A DNA stretch of 63,212 nucleotides, counting the filler, from Reclinomonas americana ATCC 50394 (Eukaryota), in NCBI GenBank assembly GCA_048213135.1. It is 16 parts of 16 records of this genome, joined end to end, with 100 filler letters (N's around TTAATTAATTAA, not from the genome) between each part and the next. Parts side by side here need not be neighbours in the genome. Positions count along the whole stretch, not along the records: positions 1 to 4,100 come from AFZH01020752.1; positions 4,201 to 9,886 come from AFZH01020754.1; positions 9,987 to 14,621 come from AFZH01020755.1; 13 more parts are not named here. One strand, given 5' to 3'. The notes beneath the pieces are model-generated. The model was not told the origin of the DNA. It saw nothing but the letters and a program-made list of their open reading frames with translations, and made no database searches. The position numbers were made by a program, and so were the translations under genes. Positions 1-11,945 of this stretch are shown here, piece by piece (the stretch's first letter is position 1; every line of letters starts with the position of its first letter).

Positions 1-1466
1 GCTTGTTTGTTGGCGAATGCGAAGGTTTCTCTTGCAGAAATTAAACGCCGGCGCGCGCCAGCATCGATTGATCGCCACTTTTTCTCGCTTTTTCCGTGAT
101 GTCTGAGTTTCTGGTGCTCACTTAAGATGGTGATCATCATGCAGCTGTGTAGCTATTTGGATTAGTAAAGTTGTTGTTGTTGTTGTTGAGCTTGTACTTC
201 ACCGCTGCGGTTGCCACATGACAATTCAAGCACACTCAATGCGTGCTCGCTTGGCGGCGGCGTTTCGTCACTCCGCGTTTGTGTGTCTCTCGCGAGAGAT
301 ATGTCAATGAACGCGTCTGGTCACCTCGTGCTCAGCACCGGAGAGAGCGACTGTCTCAAGGAGCGATACAAGCGCGAGACACGAGATGCCGCTCACTTGT
401 TGCGTTTCACATAACACTCACACACTCGCTGGCAAAGACGAGAGAGAGTGTGTGTGTGTGTGTGTCTCACTTGTGTGCGTGTGTGCAGTGAACGCGCACA
501 GAGAGCGTCGAGTCCCACTTTTGCGCCCACCAGCACTGTTACAGGCGGAGTTGCGTTTTCCACACACACACTCACACTGACTCGCGCGCGCGCGCACACA
601 CAGTGCTCTCAGTGTGTGAGTGTGTGCATGTGTGAAAGAGAGTGTGTGTGTGTGAAAAGAAGAGCTCTTTGGTTTGCACCATCATCAGCTCTCCTTACAA
701 TTCACACACTCCGGAAGCACTCTTTATTTGCCCTTGATTTTTCTCTCTCTCTTTTGTTCTTTTGCATCACCTTTTACTGTGGTTATTGTTGCGATAAGCT
801 CATGCTCTCTTCAGTGTGGAGAGGGAGATAATGCCAGTGATTGATTTCTTCGATATCTTTTTTTGATGATTATGGTCGCATGCATTATTCTCGGTGTGTC
901 AGCAGAGTCTTCTCTTTCCACTGTCTCTCTCTCTCTCGCGCACACTTACGCACTCACTCGCTCACTCAACTCTTTCTCTCCTGCCCTCCTTCCGTGTACA
1001 CTCGCTCAATCCCTTCGTCCCTTCCTGTCTCGCCTGCTCATTCACTCTTCCGCCTTCCCTCCTTCCTTACACGCTCGCTCAGCCTTCTTCTCTCCCTTCC
1101 CCCCTCTCTCTCTCCCATACTTGCTTGCTCTGTTACCTGCTCATCCACTCACTCTCACACGCACTCTCCCTCACATGCACATCCCGATTCCAGCACACTC
1201 GCTCAACCCGTTCTTCGTCTCTCCACTCTTCTCCCTCCTCATATATTCTCCCGTTCGCTTGTCATTATCTTGCCTGTTCGCCCATTCTCTCTCTCTCGCA
1301 TGCACTACCTCGCTTACTCAGTCCTCCTCTTTCCATTCTTCCTTACACACTCGATCAATCCTTCTTCTCTCCCTTCTTCCCTGTCCCTGTCCCTCTCTCT
1401 TACCCACTCGCTCAGTCACTCAACCTTCATTCCTCTCTCCCTTCCCCTTCTATCTCCCGCTTCAGG

Positions 1467-2318
1467 TACCCTCCTTCCACGTGGTGTCATACTCGTCGAC
1501 GGCCGACGGATACGGCCGCGGTATTGAGAAGGTGGACCACGCGGCGGTGCGACCACGGTGCGGCCGATTGCACCTGATTGGACTCGATGAGAGTTGCGGC
1601 TCTTGTCTGTGTGTGTGCCCCCTCTTCTTATTCTTTTCTCATGGTCTCACTCGGGTGAGCAGCTACGGCACTGAAGATCGATTCACTGCGTTCGCCGTCG
1701 CCGGTCAAGGCGCCCGGATCCCCCGCCGCGGCTACTGGCAATGGCCGCTCACCCGCGCGATCGCCGTCGGCACCCGCCGTGCGCCGCTTCTCGTCCGACT
1801 TGAGAGTCGACAGTTGAGTAGTATGTGCTCTCCACGTGGCGTCTCGCGACTCTCTCCACTTACGCTCCCTCTCCTCCTTCCCTCCTTCCCCCCCTAAAGC
1901 CTCGCCGACCACCACCGGTGCCCTGTTCAGTGACGCCATGTTGAATCGGTCGCCGTCGCAAAAGCACCATCACCATCATCACCAACACAGCCCGCATCAC
2001 CACGGCCACAGCCACCACCATCATCACCATCACCACCACCATCATCAGCATCACAGCGAGTCGCCTACGCACCATCATCAGCAGCGCGCTCCGCCGTCGC
2101 CCGAGTCCGGTGGTCTTTCGCCGAGCCGATCGCGATCCTCGTTCTCCGCCGGCCGCCTGTCGTCCATTCACTTGCCGGCGTTTGTGGCCGCGCAGCCGCA
2201 CATCACCAGGAGCATCGACCAGCTGAAGATGGGCCTGCCGTCACCCTCGCGCTCCGTCGGTGCCGTGTCGCCCTCTGGAGGCGGCAGGAAGGGCGACGAT
2301 GCCACCGCGGAGCGATGA
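1467..2318 (+). CDS. Hypothetical Ser/Pro-rich protein with poly-His tract (3' exons; 5' exons uncertain, probably within 300-1466)
   Basis: Exons join in frame via introns 1593-1662 and 1813-1899: VPSFHVVSYSSTADGYG...GLDE/TTALKIDSLRSPSP...RVD/TSPTTTGALFSDAMLNRSPSQKHHHHHH..., ending TGA at 2316-2318. No family recognised. Confidence 0.55.
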
Positions 2319-2635
2319 GCTCGGTTTTTCTCCCTCCGACTCCTCCCACCCGCCTCTCTCCTTCTCTCTCTCTCCAGTTATCTCCATTCCACACTCGCCT
2401 GGCCCCCTCCTCGTGGGGTGCACTGCGACGTCACATGTCGTGCGTCGCTGGTGTGCCCTGTACGTGTTTTGGCTGCGCGCGTGCCGCCTGGCCGCCTGCA
2501 TCGACGTGTATGCGGTTCTCGAAAACGAAAAGACATATCAGAGATGGCGCACTCTCTCTCTCTCTCATTCAAAGTGTAATAGTATTGTTGTGCTCTGATG
2601 GTGCACACTGAGCACGGCATGCGGCATGCGGCAGC

Positions 2636-4100
2636 TTAGAGACCGAGAGTCACATCGGTCACCGGCGACGCGTCTACCAGCTTGGGCTGACCGTTCTGGG
2701 CCGGCGCGCCAGGCAGCACCTCACGCACCCACTGCTCCACGTCCAAGCGGGTCAGGGTGCGATTCTTGAAGTACACAATGTTCGGCTTGTTGGGCTCCAC
2801 ATTCGGCTTGCAGATGAGGTACTGCGGCACCGTGGCCGACGTAATCCACACTGGCAAGTCGTTCAGCTCCAAATCCATCTGCGCAGCTCCGATAAGTGGT
2901 CATGCACCACCACCACAACAACAACAACAAGAAAATCACGCTCACCGTGCCAAAGTACAGGTCGGGAAAGTCGTACATGACATTGAGGGCCATTTCGCGG
3001 AAGATTGACCGCGCCATCTGCAAACAACGGTGAGTGAGGGAACGGAGAGAGATGAAAACAACGAGAATGCGAAAAACCTTGCACGAGCCGGGACCCACTG
3101 CCTTCTCCACGCACATTGCCAGCAGCACCGGTCGCGAGTGATTCACACACCAGAACGGCAAGTTGTCACGCACAATCGTCTGTGACCCGAGGGTGGATCA
3201 ACACAAAAAATCAGCAAAAAATGCAATGCCGCTGCTGCTGCTGACCTTCACGAGAGGATCGTCAATAGGCGGCGGCAGCTGGCTGCGCGGCTTGACGGCA
3301 TCGCTGGACACGTGGCGCTTCTCCGTCGCGGTATCGATCCACTCGGCAACTTCGCGAACGCGTCGAATGCCATGGTACAGCTCGCCGTGCTTGGTGCCAG
3401 CCGGGAAGACTCCCACCGCCGGCACGGTGGCGATGTCGATACCGAGAGGCAGGCCATTCTGCAGCATATCAATCTACATTCGCAAGGCACATAAGTCAAC
3501 AACAACCTGCCGCACACACGCTCTCCCTCTCTCTCCTTCTCCTCCCACACTCACCTTGACAAACTTGAGCTTGTCGGCGTTAATGTACGCGGCCGACACC
3601 TCCGCCAGCACATCCTCCAGGTAGTTGCACGGATCGCAGTCGTGACTGGCCGTGAAGAAGCACACCACATCGACATCGGTCTCGAACAACATCTCGTCAA
3701 TGGTGGAGCCGACAGCAGTCTGGGAGTGCGAGACGAGTGAGGGCACATTCGCGGGGGCAGCAACAACAGGGTGAGACCACACACCGAAAATGCCGACGGC
3801 TCAAAGAGCTTCGGGAGAGGAGTGGTCTGCTGACGAGCAGGCCGCACCGGCGGATTCGAAAGCGGGATCGACACGGAGGTGGCGAGCCAGTTGTAGACCA
3901 TGCGCGCGTACCTCGCCACACCCTTCGGGAACACGAGCGGCGGCTGCTTCTGGTTTGCGCGGAAGAGGATCAGCTCGGGCACGGCTTCAATTCGCACCAG
4001 CGCACCCAGCTCGTGAGCAAACACGTCGATCTGCCCCCCACAAACAGCGACGCGCGAGTGAGTGGACGGACACAGAAGAACAAGGGAAAGCGATGGGAAT
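2636..4100 (-). CDS. Multi-thioredoxin-domain (PDI-like) protein, 5' truncated
   Basis: At least three Trx-fold-like repeats after splicing: IEAVPELILF, DVVCFFTASHDCDPC...KLKFVK/IDMLQNGLP...ATVPAVGVF, and DLYFGT/MDLELNDLP...ATVPQYL. One CxxC (CDPC). Stop TAA at 2636-2638. Confidence 0.75.
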
Positions 4101-4200
4101 NNNNNNNNNNNNNNNNNNNNNNNNNNNNNNNNNNNNNNNNNNNNTTAATTAATTAANNNNNNNNNNNNNNNNNNNNNNNNNNNNNNNNNNNNNNNNNNNN
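4101..4200. other. Artificial contig/scaffold linker (first of 15)
   Basis: N44-TTAATTAATTAA-N44, with stops in all six frames. Identical linkers start at 9887, 14622, 18587, 24895, 27011, 30359, 33480, 35957, 42667, 47564, 50595, 52636, 54178 and 57736. Confidence 0.98.
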
Positions 4201-4217
4201 GCCCTGGCGCTGGTACC

Positions 4218-6989
4218 TCAATATGCACGGCTCATCTGTTGTTGTTGTTGTTGTACACGGAGTGAGTGCATCAGCGAGGCACGCAGTTTTTTTTGCAGTA
4301 CGCACCCGGAAGGACACGTAGTCGGCGCTCATGGCGTCCACATCGGCCTGCACTCGAATGTACAGCATGTGCAGCAACTCGGCGGCGGGTCCGTGTCGTT
4401 GCGCCAGTTCGGCGTCGTGCGCTCGCGAGTCGAGACATGTCTTGGTCTGCGCGCCAGCACCAGAGATGATGAGTACGTGCGATGTTTGTTTGCTTTGCTC
4501 TCCACACGCAACATTGGTCGACGATCGGAACAACCACATGGCCCTCTGAGCAGCACGTAGTGCAAAAAAAAAAGAAAATCGGCAAGGACGCAAAAACAAG
4601 CGAACATGCAACACCTGGAGCCGCACCTTGACAACAGTCTCCGCATCGACCTCCTTGGCGCTGGGGTCGGTCTCTTGCAGCACTCGATTGTACTGTCGTG
4701 CGCATTGCTCCACGGTGGTGCGCGCCACGCCGTCGCGCATCAGACGCTCCAACTGGAAGCGCGTGGTGAGAACACACCGACGGACAGCACAGCAAGGCCA
4801 ACACAACAAACGCAACAATGTCGGTGCAGTGGAAATCGACTGCACTCTTCACCGACAGCAGGTCGGCCAGCGTCAGTGGCGACACCGAATCCCACGCCAG
4901 TGGTTGCATGTTTCTACTGTGCTCGCTGTCGAGCAACCACGTGCTCCAGTCTGCAGTGAAGAGTGAGACAAGAAGAGAGCAATTGCTTTCCGCTCGCTTG
5001 TCGCTCACCCTTGTGACCGGCAGGCGCCGGCAACGAGGGTTCACGCGCAAAACGGTGATACCACAGTGTGCACAGTGAGCGCAGCATCTCCATGTCGCCC
5101 GTCATGCCGCCCCACGACGAGCGAGCCCCGATGCACTTGAGCATCACGGTTTCCTGCTCTGCACATTCGGCAGCCATGGACCAGGTGGCCGCCGGCAAGT
5201 CGAACTCCCACAATGGGTCGCGAATACGCGACAGCGCCAGGTGGTGCACAACACCCATCAAGTAGGTGACATGCTGATCGCAGACGACAAAGCCCTTGGA
5301 TTCGGCCATTGTCAGGAACATGACCACCGCAAAGGAAGGATGCAGAGCCGCGTCCTCCGACTGTGCAGAAGCATGAATAGACTCTTTCTACCCCTCAGAC
5401 GACAACACGAAGAAGCGCACCATGACAATGCCGATGCGGCGCAGAAAATCAGTCATGCTGCGAGCCATGAGCTGACGGGCAGCTCGCAGCGCCACATCGG
5501 GAATGCACCGTCGCACGGCCTGTGTCACACGCAGGCAATGCTTGTTATGATCACAGGAATCACAAACAACAGTGTGTGGTGCGCTGCCGACCTTTTGCAA
5601 CAGCGATTTGAGAAACGACGGCGAAAAGTCGGCAGCCACTTGCGAGCCGTACGATCGCACATTCGGCTCGCGCAAGGTCTCGAGCGGTGCCGACAACCGT
5701 GCGCGGAGCTGAACAGTGCGTGATACGTGCCCGGGCAGGTCGCGCAAGTGCACACTGTCGATCCACCACTGGCTCGCCTCCTCTGTGTGGCAAACAAATC
5801 ATGATCAGCAACGTGCATATCGTATGACGATGAAACACATCAAGCACACTCACCAGGCGGCGGAGCGGGTAGAACCTCGTTCACCCACGTCGTGTAATAC
5901 GTTCCGGGTTGCGCCGACGATTCATGCAACTCAAACGTCTCCGACACGGGCGGCGCCGGACCACCTCGCCCCGCGCCTTTCCGTCGACGACCAATGCCAA
6001 ACGCGGCGGCCGGCTGCGGTGCCAATACACTGGCCCAACTCGACACTGCTGCCGCCGCCTTTTGCTCATCCACCTCCATCAGCATGTCGGAATCATCTGT
6101 CATATCAGCCGCCGCTGCCGAGGGTGCTGCTGCCGTTTTCGTCGTCGACTTGCTGGGTGGCGACGGTTTCTTCCGCCGCCAAATCTGGAACCACTCGCTG
6201 ACCGCGGCCGCCTGCTGCTTGGTCGGCGACACTGGCTGGCGAGGCGAGGAGGGTGGAGACACGCTGACCACACTCCCGCTGTCATCGTCGTCATCATCGT
6301 CACTGACAACGTAGGGCCGTGGAGCTTCGCTTGCGGCTGCGGATGTAGTTGTTGTTGATGATGCCGTTGCATGCCTCACTTCTTCCGCCTGCCGTTCGTC
6401 GTCGTCATCGTCATCGTCGTCGTCCACAACAGTAACGAGAACCTGGTTGCCGGCAGCTGCAGCGACCGTCTCACCACTGACTCCTCCGCCACTGCCACTG
6501 CCGGTGCGATCGTCGGAAAAGTGTGCACTGTGCAGGGCAATGTCAATATTATGGTGCGACGCTTGCGACAATGTGGCGCACAGTCACCCAAGGCGCAACT
6601 CTATGTGCATGTTAAGAAACGAGCGCAGCACCGGTCGGTGGCACACCGGGCACTCGACATGTGTGCCAGCTCCACCGCTGTCATCGTCACCGCCGCCGTC
6701 ATTGCCTTCTCCGTGACGCCCCGCACTGCTCTTGTCGAGTGTGCCACCGCGTCCGAGTGTAGCCTGTCTGGCCGATGTCGACGGAGGCGACGGTTTGCCG
6801 CCACTGCGCCGGCCACGAACACTTGAACCACCCTGCAGTGCAGTGTTTGAGCATCACAAGAAACCACACCTATATAATCAATATGGACGCAACACTTGCT
6901 TGACGGGATGGCACGGGCACGAACAGTTCTTCGTCTTCGGCCGAGAACAGCGAGTTGATGGACAGCAAATCTTCGCCACAGCCAAACAT
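4218..6989 (-). CDS. UBZ-type zinc finger plus MgsA/WRNIP1 C-terminal-like helical domain protein (may be the C-terminal half of the FYR gene)
   Basis: Spliced translation gives VECPVCHRPVLRSFLNMHID/AH, then FLKSLLQK/AVRRCIPDVALRAARQLMARSMTDFLRRIGIVMV/EDAALHP, ARSSWGGMTGDMEML and SAVDFHCTDI. It ends YVSFR/MSRAY-TGA (4218-4220). Confidence 0.65.
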
Positions 6990-7006
6990 GAGACACTTGC
7001 GTTTAT

Positions 7007-9886
7007 TCAAGAAAGTGTGTGGGCATCATCACTGGACAACGTACCGCCGGCGTCGTCGGCGAAACGAACTCGTCTGCCACTGCCGTCATCCATCCGCCGA
7101 CTCAACGACGCATCGACACCGCATTCACCACGCCGCGACAATAATGACGACGATGTTCTCCCGTCTGGTGGTGGTGGAGACACGCAAATGAGTCTGACGA
7201 TAACCACAGCAGCATGCACAATGAAGTAACGCACCGTCATCAAGTATGGACTCGGCCGACGCGACCGCCACTGCCAGATCTGCGTCGTGTTTTGATCGCT
7301 TGAGCGGAGGTTCTGCGATGCAGTGTCAGAAGGCAGATAAATGAATGCAGTTGACGAGCATGTACACGCACACACCTTGACAGTCGAAAAACAGTGAGGA
7401 CAAGTCCTCGAGACGCACATCGGCCGATGGTCGCGAAGGTGACAGCCCGCTGCTGAACAGGTCCACCAGCTCCAGATGCTGCGAAATCACCACCGTGGCT
7501 CCCTCGTCGCCGCGACCGCCGCCACTGCCGCCACCACAACCACCACCGCGGCCTCCGCTGCCACCACTGCCGCCACCACCACCACCGCCGCCGCCGCCGC
7601 CGCCAACAGACACTGCCACCATGCCGACCGCGTGTTCGTCGTCGTCGCGCAACAACCTCTTGCCTACAACACTGGCAGCGGCACCGGAGGCGGCAAACGA
7701 GTGCAGCAGAGCGTTGCCACCGTCGCCGAGTGGGTCTTCCAGCGCAAATGCGAGTGCATTCTGCGACATACAACGCACGTGTGAGAGTCAGGTGCAACAT
7801 CAGAGTGCAGTGTGCCATGCGATGCGAAACCACGCAACTGCAGCCATGTGACTGTGAGAAGCGAGATTCCCGCTGGAACCCTTGATTACGGAGCCAGGTG
7901 GACTGGTCGGCGAGGTGCTACGTGACGACGGACTGGAGGAGGAGTTGCCAGGCAGTTGTCGACTGTTCACGCTGAAGACATTAGTCAACCACACAATCAC
8001 CTGACCGACTTGAAAAGAACGCAACTCTGCGCCTGCGCTGTCCTCAGCTGCCGACGCCTTACGACCTGGTGGCCGCGGTGGCGCCTCTGGCATCTTTAAC
8101 CGGTCCACATCACGCAATCGTGAGGCAGCCGATGGTCGGCCCATCCCACGACCACCACCACCACTACCACGGCTAGCATTTGACGATAACCGCGGTGGAC
8201 TGGCACCACCACCGCCACCGCTGCCACTGCCAGCATCATCGGGATCATCACGAGCCATTCGCCCGACGTGTCCCCGGGAACGCTGCAGCAGGTGATGAGT
8301 ACCACACGTGGGACGCGCATCAGCAATAAACAGCGGGGCGTACCTTGGTGGCCGATCGGGGAGGTGGAGGATTGCGCCAGGGTACGTGAATACCGAGCTG
8401 TTGCGCTCCGTGCTTGGCGGTCGCCAGAATCGCTCGCTGCACCATTGGCGACGCCAGGCCAAAGAACTGCAAGAAACAAATATATCGACAAACTCACCAT
8501 CATTTTTGCTTCGTTCCCCCTGCAGACGCTCCTCACCTGCGGACCCGACACACGCGTCCCGGCCTTCCTTCTCATGCACAACTCGGTCCACGGTGCAGTG
8601 GGCGAGGGACCATGAATGCGTTCGCCCCACGGAGTCTCCACCTCAAACACGGGTGCGCCGAATGGCGCATCACCCGCCAGAATGCGGCATTTGTACAGAC
8701 CACCCCAACTCGCCTTGTGCACCTCGAAGCCGATGAGATACGGAATGCTCTGGTCCACCTGTGTGTAATATAAGCATGTGTGTGTGAGAGAGATAAAGTG
8801 AACGAACGCCGAGGGAACTGCACTCACCTCTCTTGCGTACCACCACCAAGCGCTCTTGTTGTGCTCCAAAAAGTGGAAACGACGGACCTCACCAATCGCG
8901 ACCACTGTCACATGCACACGCTTCGTGTCGCCCTTGACCTCGGCCTGTTAAAAACACGCAACAGAGGCGTACCCACTGAGTCTTGTGCACACACTTTCTC
9001 CTCTCGGCGTTTCCCTCACGAACCGGCAACACATACAGATCCGGTGGCATACCCGGCGGCATGCCGTGCATCGCTACCCTCTCGTCGAGATCCACCCCTG
9101 CTGCAGCAGCTGCAGCGGCGGCCGCAGCCGCGGTGGCTGTAGAGTTGCTGCTGCTGGCGGTGCCTGCACTCCGCGCCGGATACGTGGCAAAGCCATCAGT
9201 GTCCTGGAAATCGTCATCGTCGCCGCCATCGTCATCGCCAGCTTCGTAATCACCATCGTCACCATCGTCGTCGGCGTTGCGTCCGCCCGCACGCCGCTGC
9301 CGCCGTCGATGAGAGCGGCCGCCGTCGCTGCTGTCCGAGTTGTCGTCGTCGACCGCATCGGGGTCGAAATCATCATCACTCAACTTGCCGCTGCGTCGTC
9401 GCCTCCTTGTCGGCAACGGCGGCGGCTCCGGCTTCACCACCTCCGACTTGACAGAGAGCACCGGGACGGGCAACGTGGGCGGGCGCACCACATATGTGCT
9501 GCTCGAGTCGGGCGAGAGTGCCGGGAATGGCACCAGCACCGGCAGTTGTGCCTCTAGTGCCGCGGCCGCCACCATGGCCGCCGTCGTCGCAGGTGCTGGT
9601 GGTGGTGGCGGCAGCAACCCGGTCGGCGCCGTGTCGACTGTCGACGGTGCCGACAGGTGCTGGAGGGAGGCAGCCGCGGCAGGCGGAGCGAAAATGCCTG
9701 GCGTCCACGCTTTCGCGGCGGTGATGGACGAGGCGCGCACGAGGGGAGGCATCTTTGGGTCCACGGCGACAGCTCTCTTGGTGAGCAGCCGTCGGCGCAC
9801 CAGCGTGGACGCCGTCGCTGATTGTGGCGGCGGCGGCGGTGGCATTGCTGTCCGCCGTCGCTTTCGTGCGCGCGCATCCGTGTCAC
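7007..9886 (-). CDS. FY-rich (FYRN+FYRC) domain protein, TBRG1-like domain, 5' truncated
   Basis: VTVVAIGE...SIPYLIGFEVHKASWGGLYKCRIL...PVFEVETPWGERIHGPSPTAPWTEL...RVSGPQ/FFGLASPMVQRAI matches the FYRN/FYRC consensus. It is flanked by long low-complexity regions. Confidence 0.75.
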
Positions 9887-10045
9887 NNNNNNNNNNNNNN
9901 NNNNNNNNNNNNNNNNNNNNNNNNNNNNNNTTAATTAATTAANNNNNNNNNNNNNNNNNNNNNNNNNNNNNNNNNNNNNNNNNNNNGAGAGAGAGAGAGA
10001 GAGAGTCGCTTCCTCGCACTCACTCACTCACTCACTCACTCACAG

Positions 10046-11782
10046 GGAGCTTTGGTCTCTCTGAGGCACAAGTGGAGATCCAACGCGCTGCCGCCGACTT
10101 TGCAGCTGCTGAGCTGGCTCCATTCGCGGCCGAGTGGGACGAGAAGAAGATGTTCCCCGAGGAGACACTGCGCAAAGTGCGTGCGTGTGTATGTATGTGT
10201 GTACTTGAGTGTCGCTGCTGAGATTGTGGTGGGGGCGAGCAGGCGGCAGAGTTGGGCTTTGGAGGCATCTACGTGCAAGAGGATGTGGGTGGATCGGGTC
10301 TGGGGCGACTGGATGCCGCGATTGTGTTTGAGGAGCTGGCGGCGGGGTGACGTAGACAGCCTTCGTGTGCCCTATCTTCTCAGTACACCACTCACATGGG
10401 TGCGTGCACAGGTGCACGAGCACGACGGCGTATCTCACCATTCACAACATGTGCTGCTGGATGATCGATCGCTTCGGTAACGATGAGCAGCGTCGGCGGT
10501 GGCTGCCCGACTTGACGTCCATGAAGGTGCTGGGCGTGCAATGGAGAGTGCGGGCTGGTGGTCGACTTCCTCTGACTCCTGTGTGTGTGTGTGTGTGTGC
10601 CGCAGACATTTGCCTCGTACTGTCTCACGGAACCGAACAGCGGCAGCGATGCTGCGTCGCTCAGCACACGCGCCGTGCGCGACGGCGATCACTACGTTCT
10701 CAATGGCTCCAAGGCGTTCATCAGTGGTGGCGGGCGCAGTGACGTCTACGTGGTCATGGTCCGCACGGGTGGCGATGGTACCGTACGCGTGTGGCTCGTC
10801 AGTGCCCGAGTGACACTGCATTCATTCTCGTTCACATGTGCAGGTGCCGGTGGAATTTCAACGCTGGTGGTGGAGAATGGCACACCAGGATTGAGCTTTG
10901 GGGCGCAAGAGAAGAAGGTGTGTGTGTGTGGGCGAACGGGCGACTCCACACCGCAGCTTGAACAAAAAGATGTGTGCGTGCATGCAGCTCGGATGGAACT
11001 CGCAGCCGACGGCCGCCGTCGTGTTCGAGGACTGCCGTGTGCCGGTGGCGAATCGTCTTGGCGACGAAGGCATCGGGTTCAAGATCGCCATGAAGGGTCT
11101 GGATGGCGGTCGCATCAACATTGGTTGGTGGCAGCGTGCTTGTGCCGCCCGTTGCTCTCTCTTCGTGATTGTGACCTGTCTCGTAGGCACATGCAGTGTC
11201 GGTGCGGCGCAGGCATGCCTGAATGCCGCCCGCGACCACGTGCAGGTGCGCAAGCAGTTCAAGAAGCCGCTGGCCAGCTTCCAGCACATTCAGTTTGAGC
11301 TCGCCGACATGGCGACTGAATTGATGGCTGCCCGCTTGATGGGTTTGTCTGTTTCACGCACGTCATAACCAATCGCTGGCTGACCATATCGAATCGCGAC
11401 AGTGTGGCAAGCTGCACGAGCACTGGATGCGGAGCACCCGAGCGCCACCGCCATGTGTGCCATGGCCAAGCGTTTCGCCACGGACACCGGCTTCTCAGTG
11501 TGCAATCGCGCGCTGCAGCTGTTTGGCGGCTACGGATATCTGGTTACGTGCCCAGGCCGACGCTCACTTGCTTGCATGCAATCCCCTGAATATGTTCGCA
11601 CGTGCTGCAGAAGGACTACCCAGTGGAGCGATACTTGCGAGATGCTCGAGTGGTGAGTGTTCTCATGCTTCTTCTCGTATCTGCTGGCAACTCACGTGCC
11701 TGTTGTGTAGCATCAAATTCTGGAGGGCACGAACGAAATCATGCGCGTCATCATCGCACGGCAGATGTTGAAGCAGGAGTGA
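10046..11782 (+). CDS. ACAD8: Isobutyryl-CoA dehydrogenase (acyl-CoA dehydrogenase family), 5' truncated, 10 visible exons
   Basis: [118 protein letters not shown]. Nine short GT-AG introns restore the frame. Confidence 0.93.
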
Positions 11783-11945
11783 CCGAGGTCACAGTAGCAA
11801 AACAGTTATCAATGACGTGCACTTAAAATTCGTCATCGGAAAGCGCAATATCCTCCTCCACGTCGTCCTCCTGTGTGCGATGGCAGTTTGCGTGTGTCAG
11901 TACAGATCTCGGCATGTATGGTATGGACTGGAGAAAAATGGTAAG

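Noticed and set aside
841..1466. Overlapping 227-344 aa ORFs; similar cases at 40254-41117 and 60885-61661
   Set aside because: Mostly pyrimidine-rich intronic or minisatellite DNA that lacks stops by composition.
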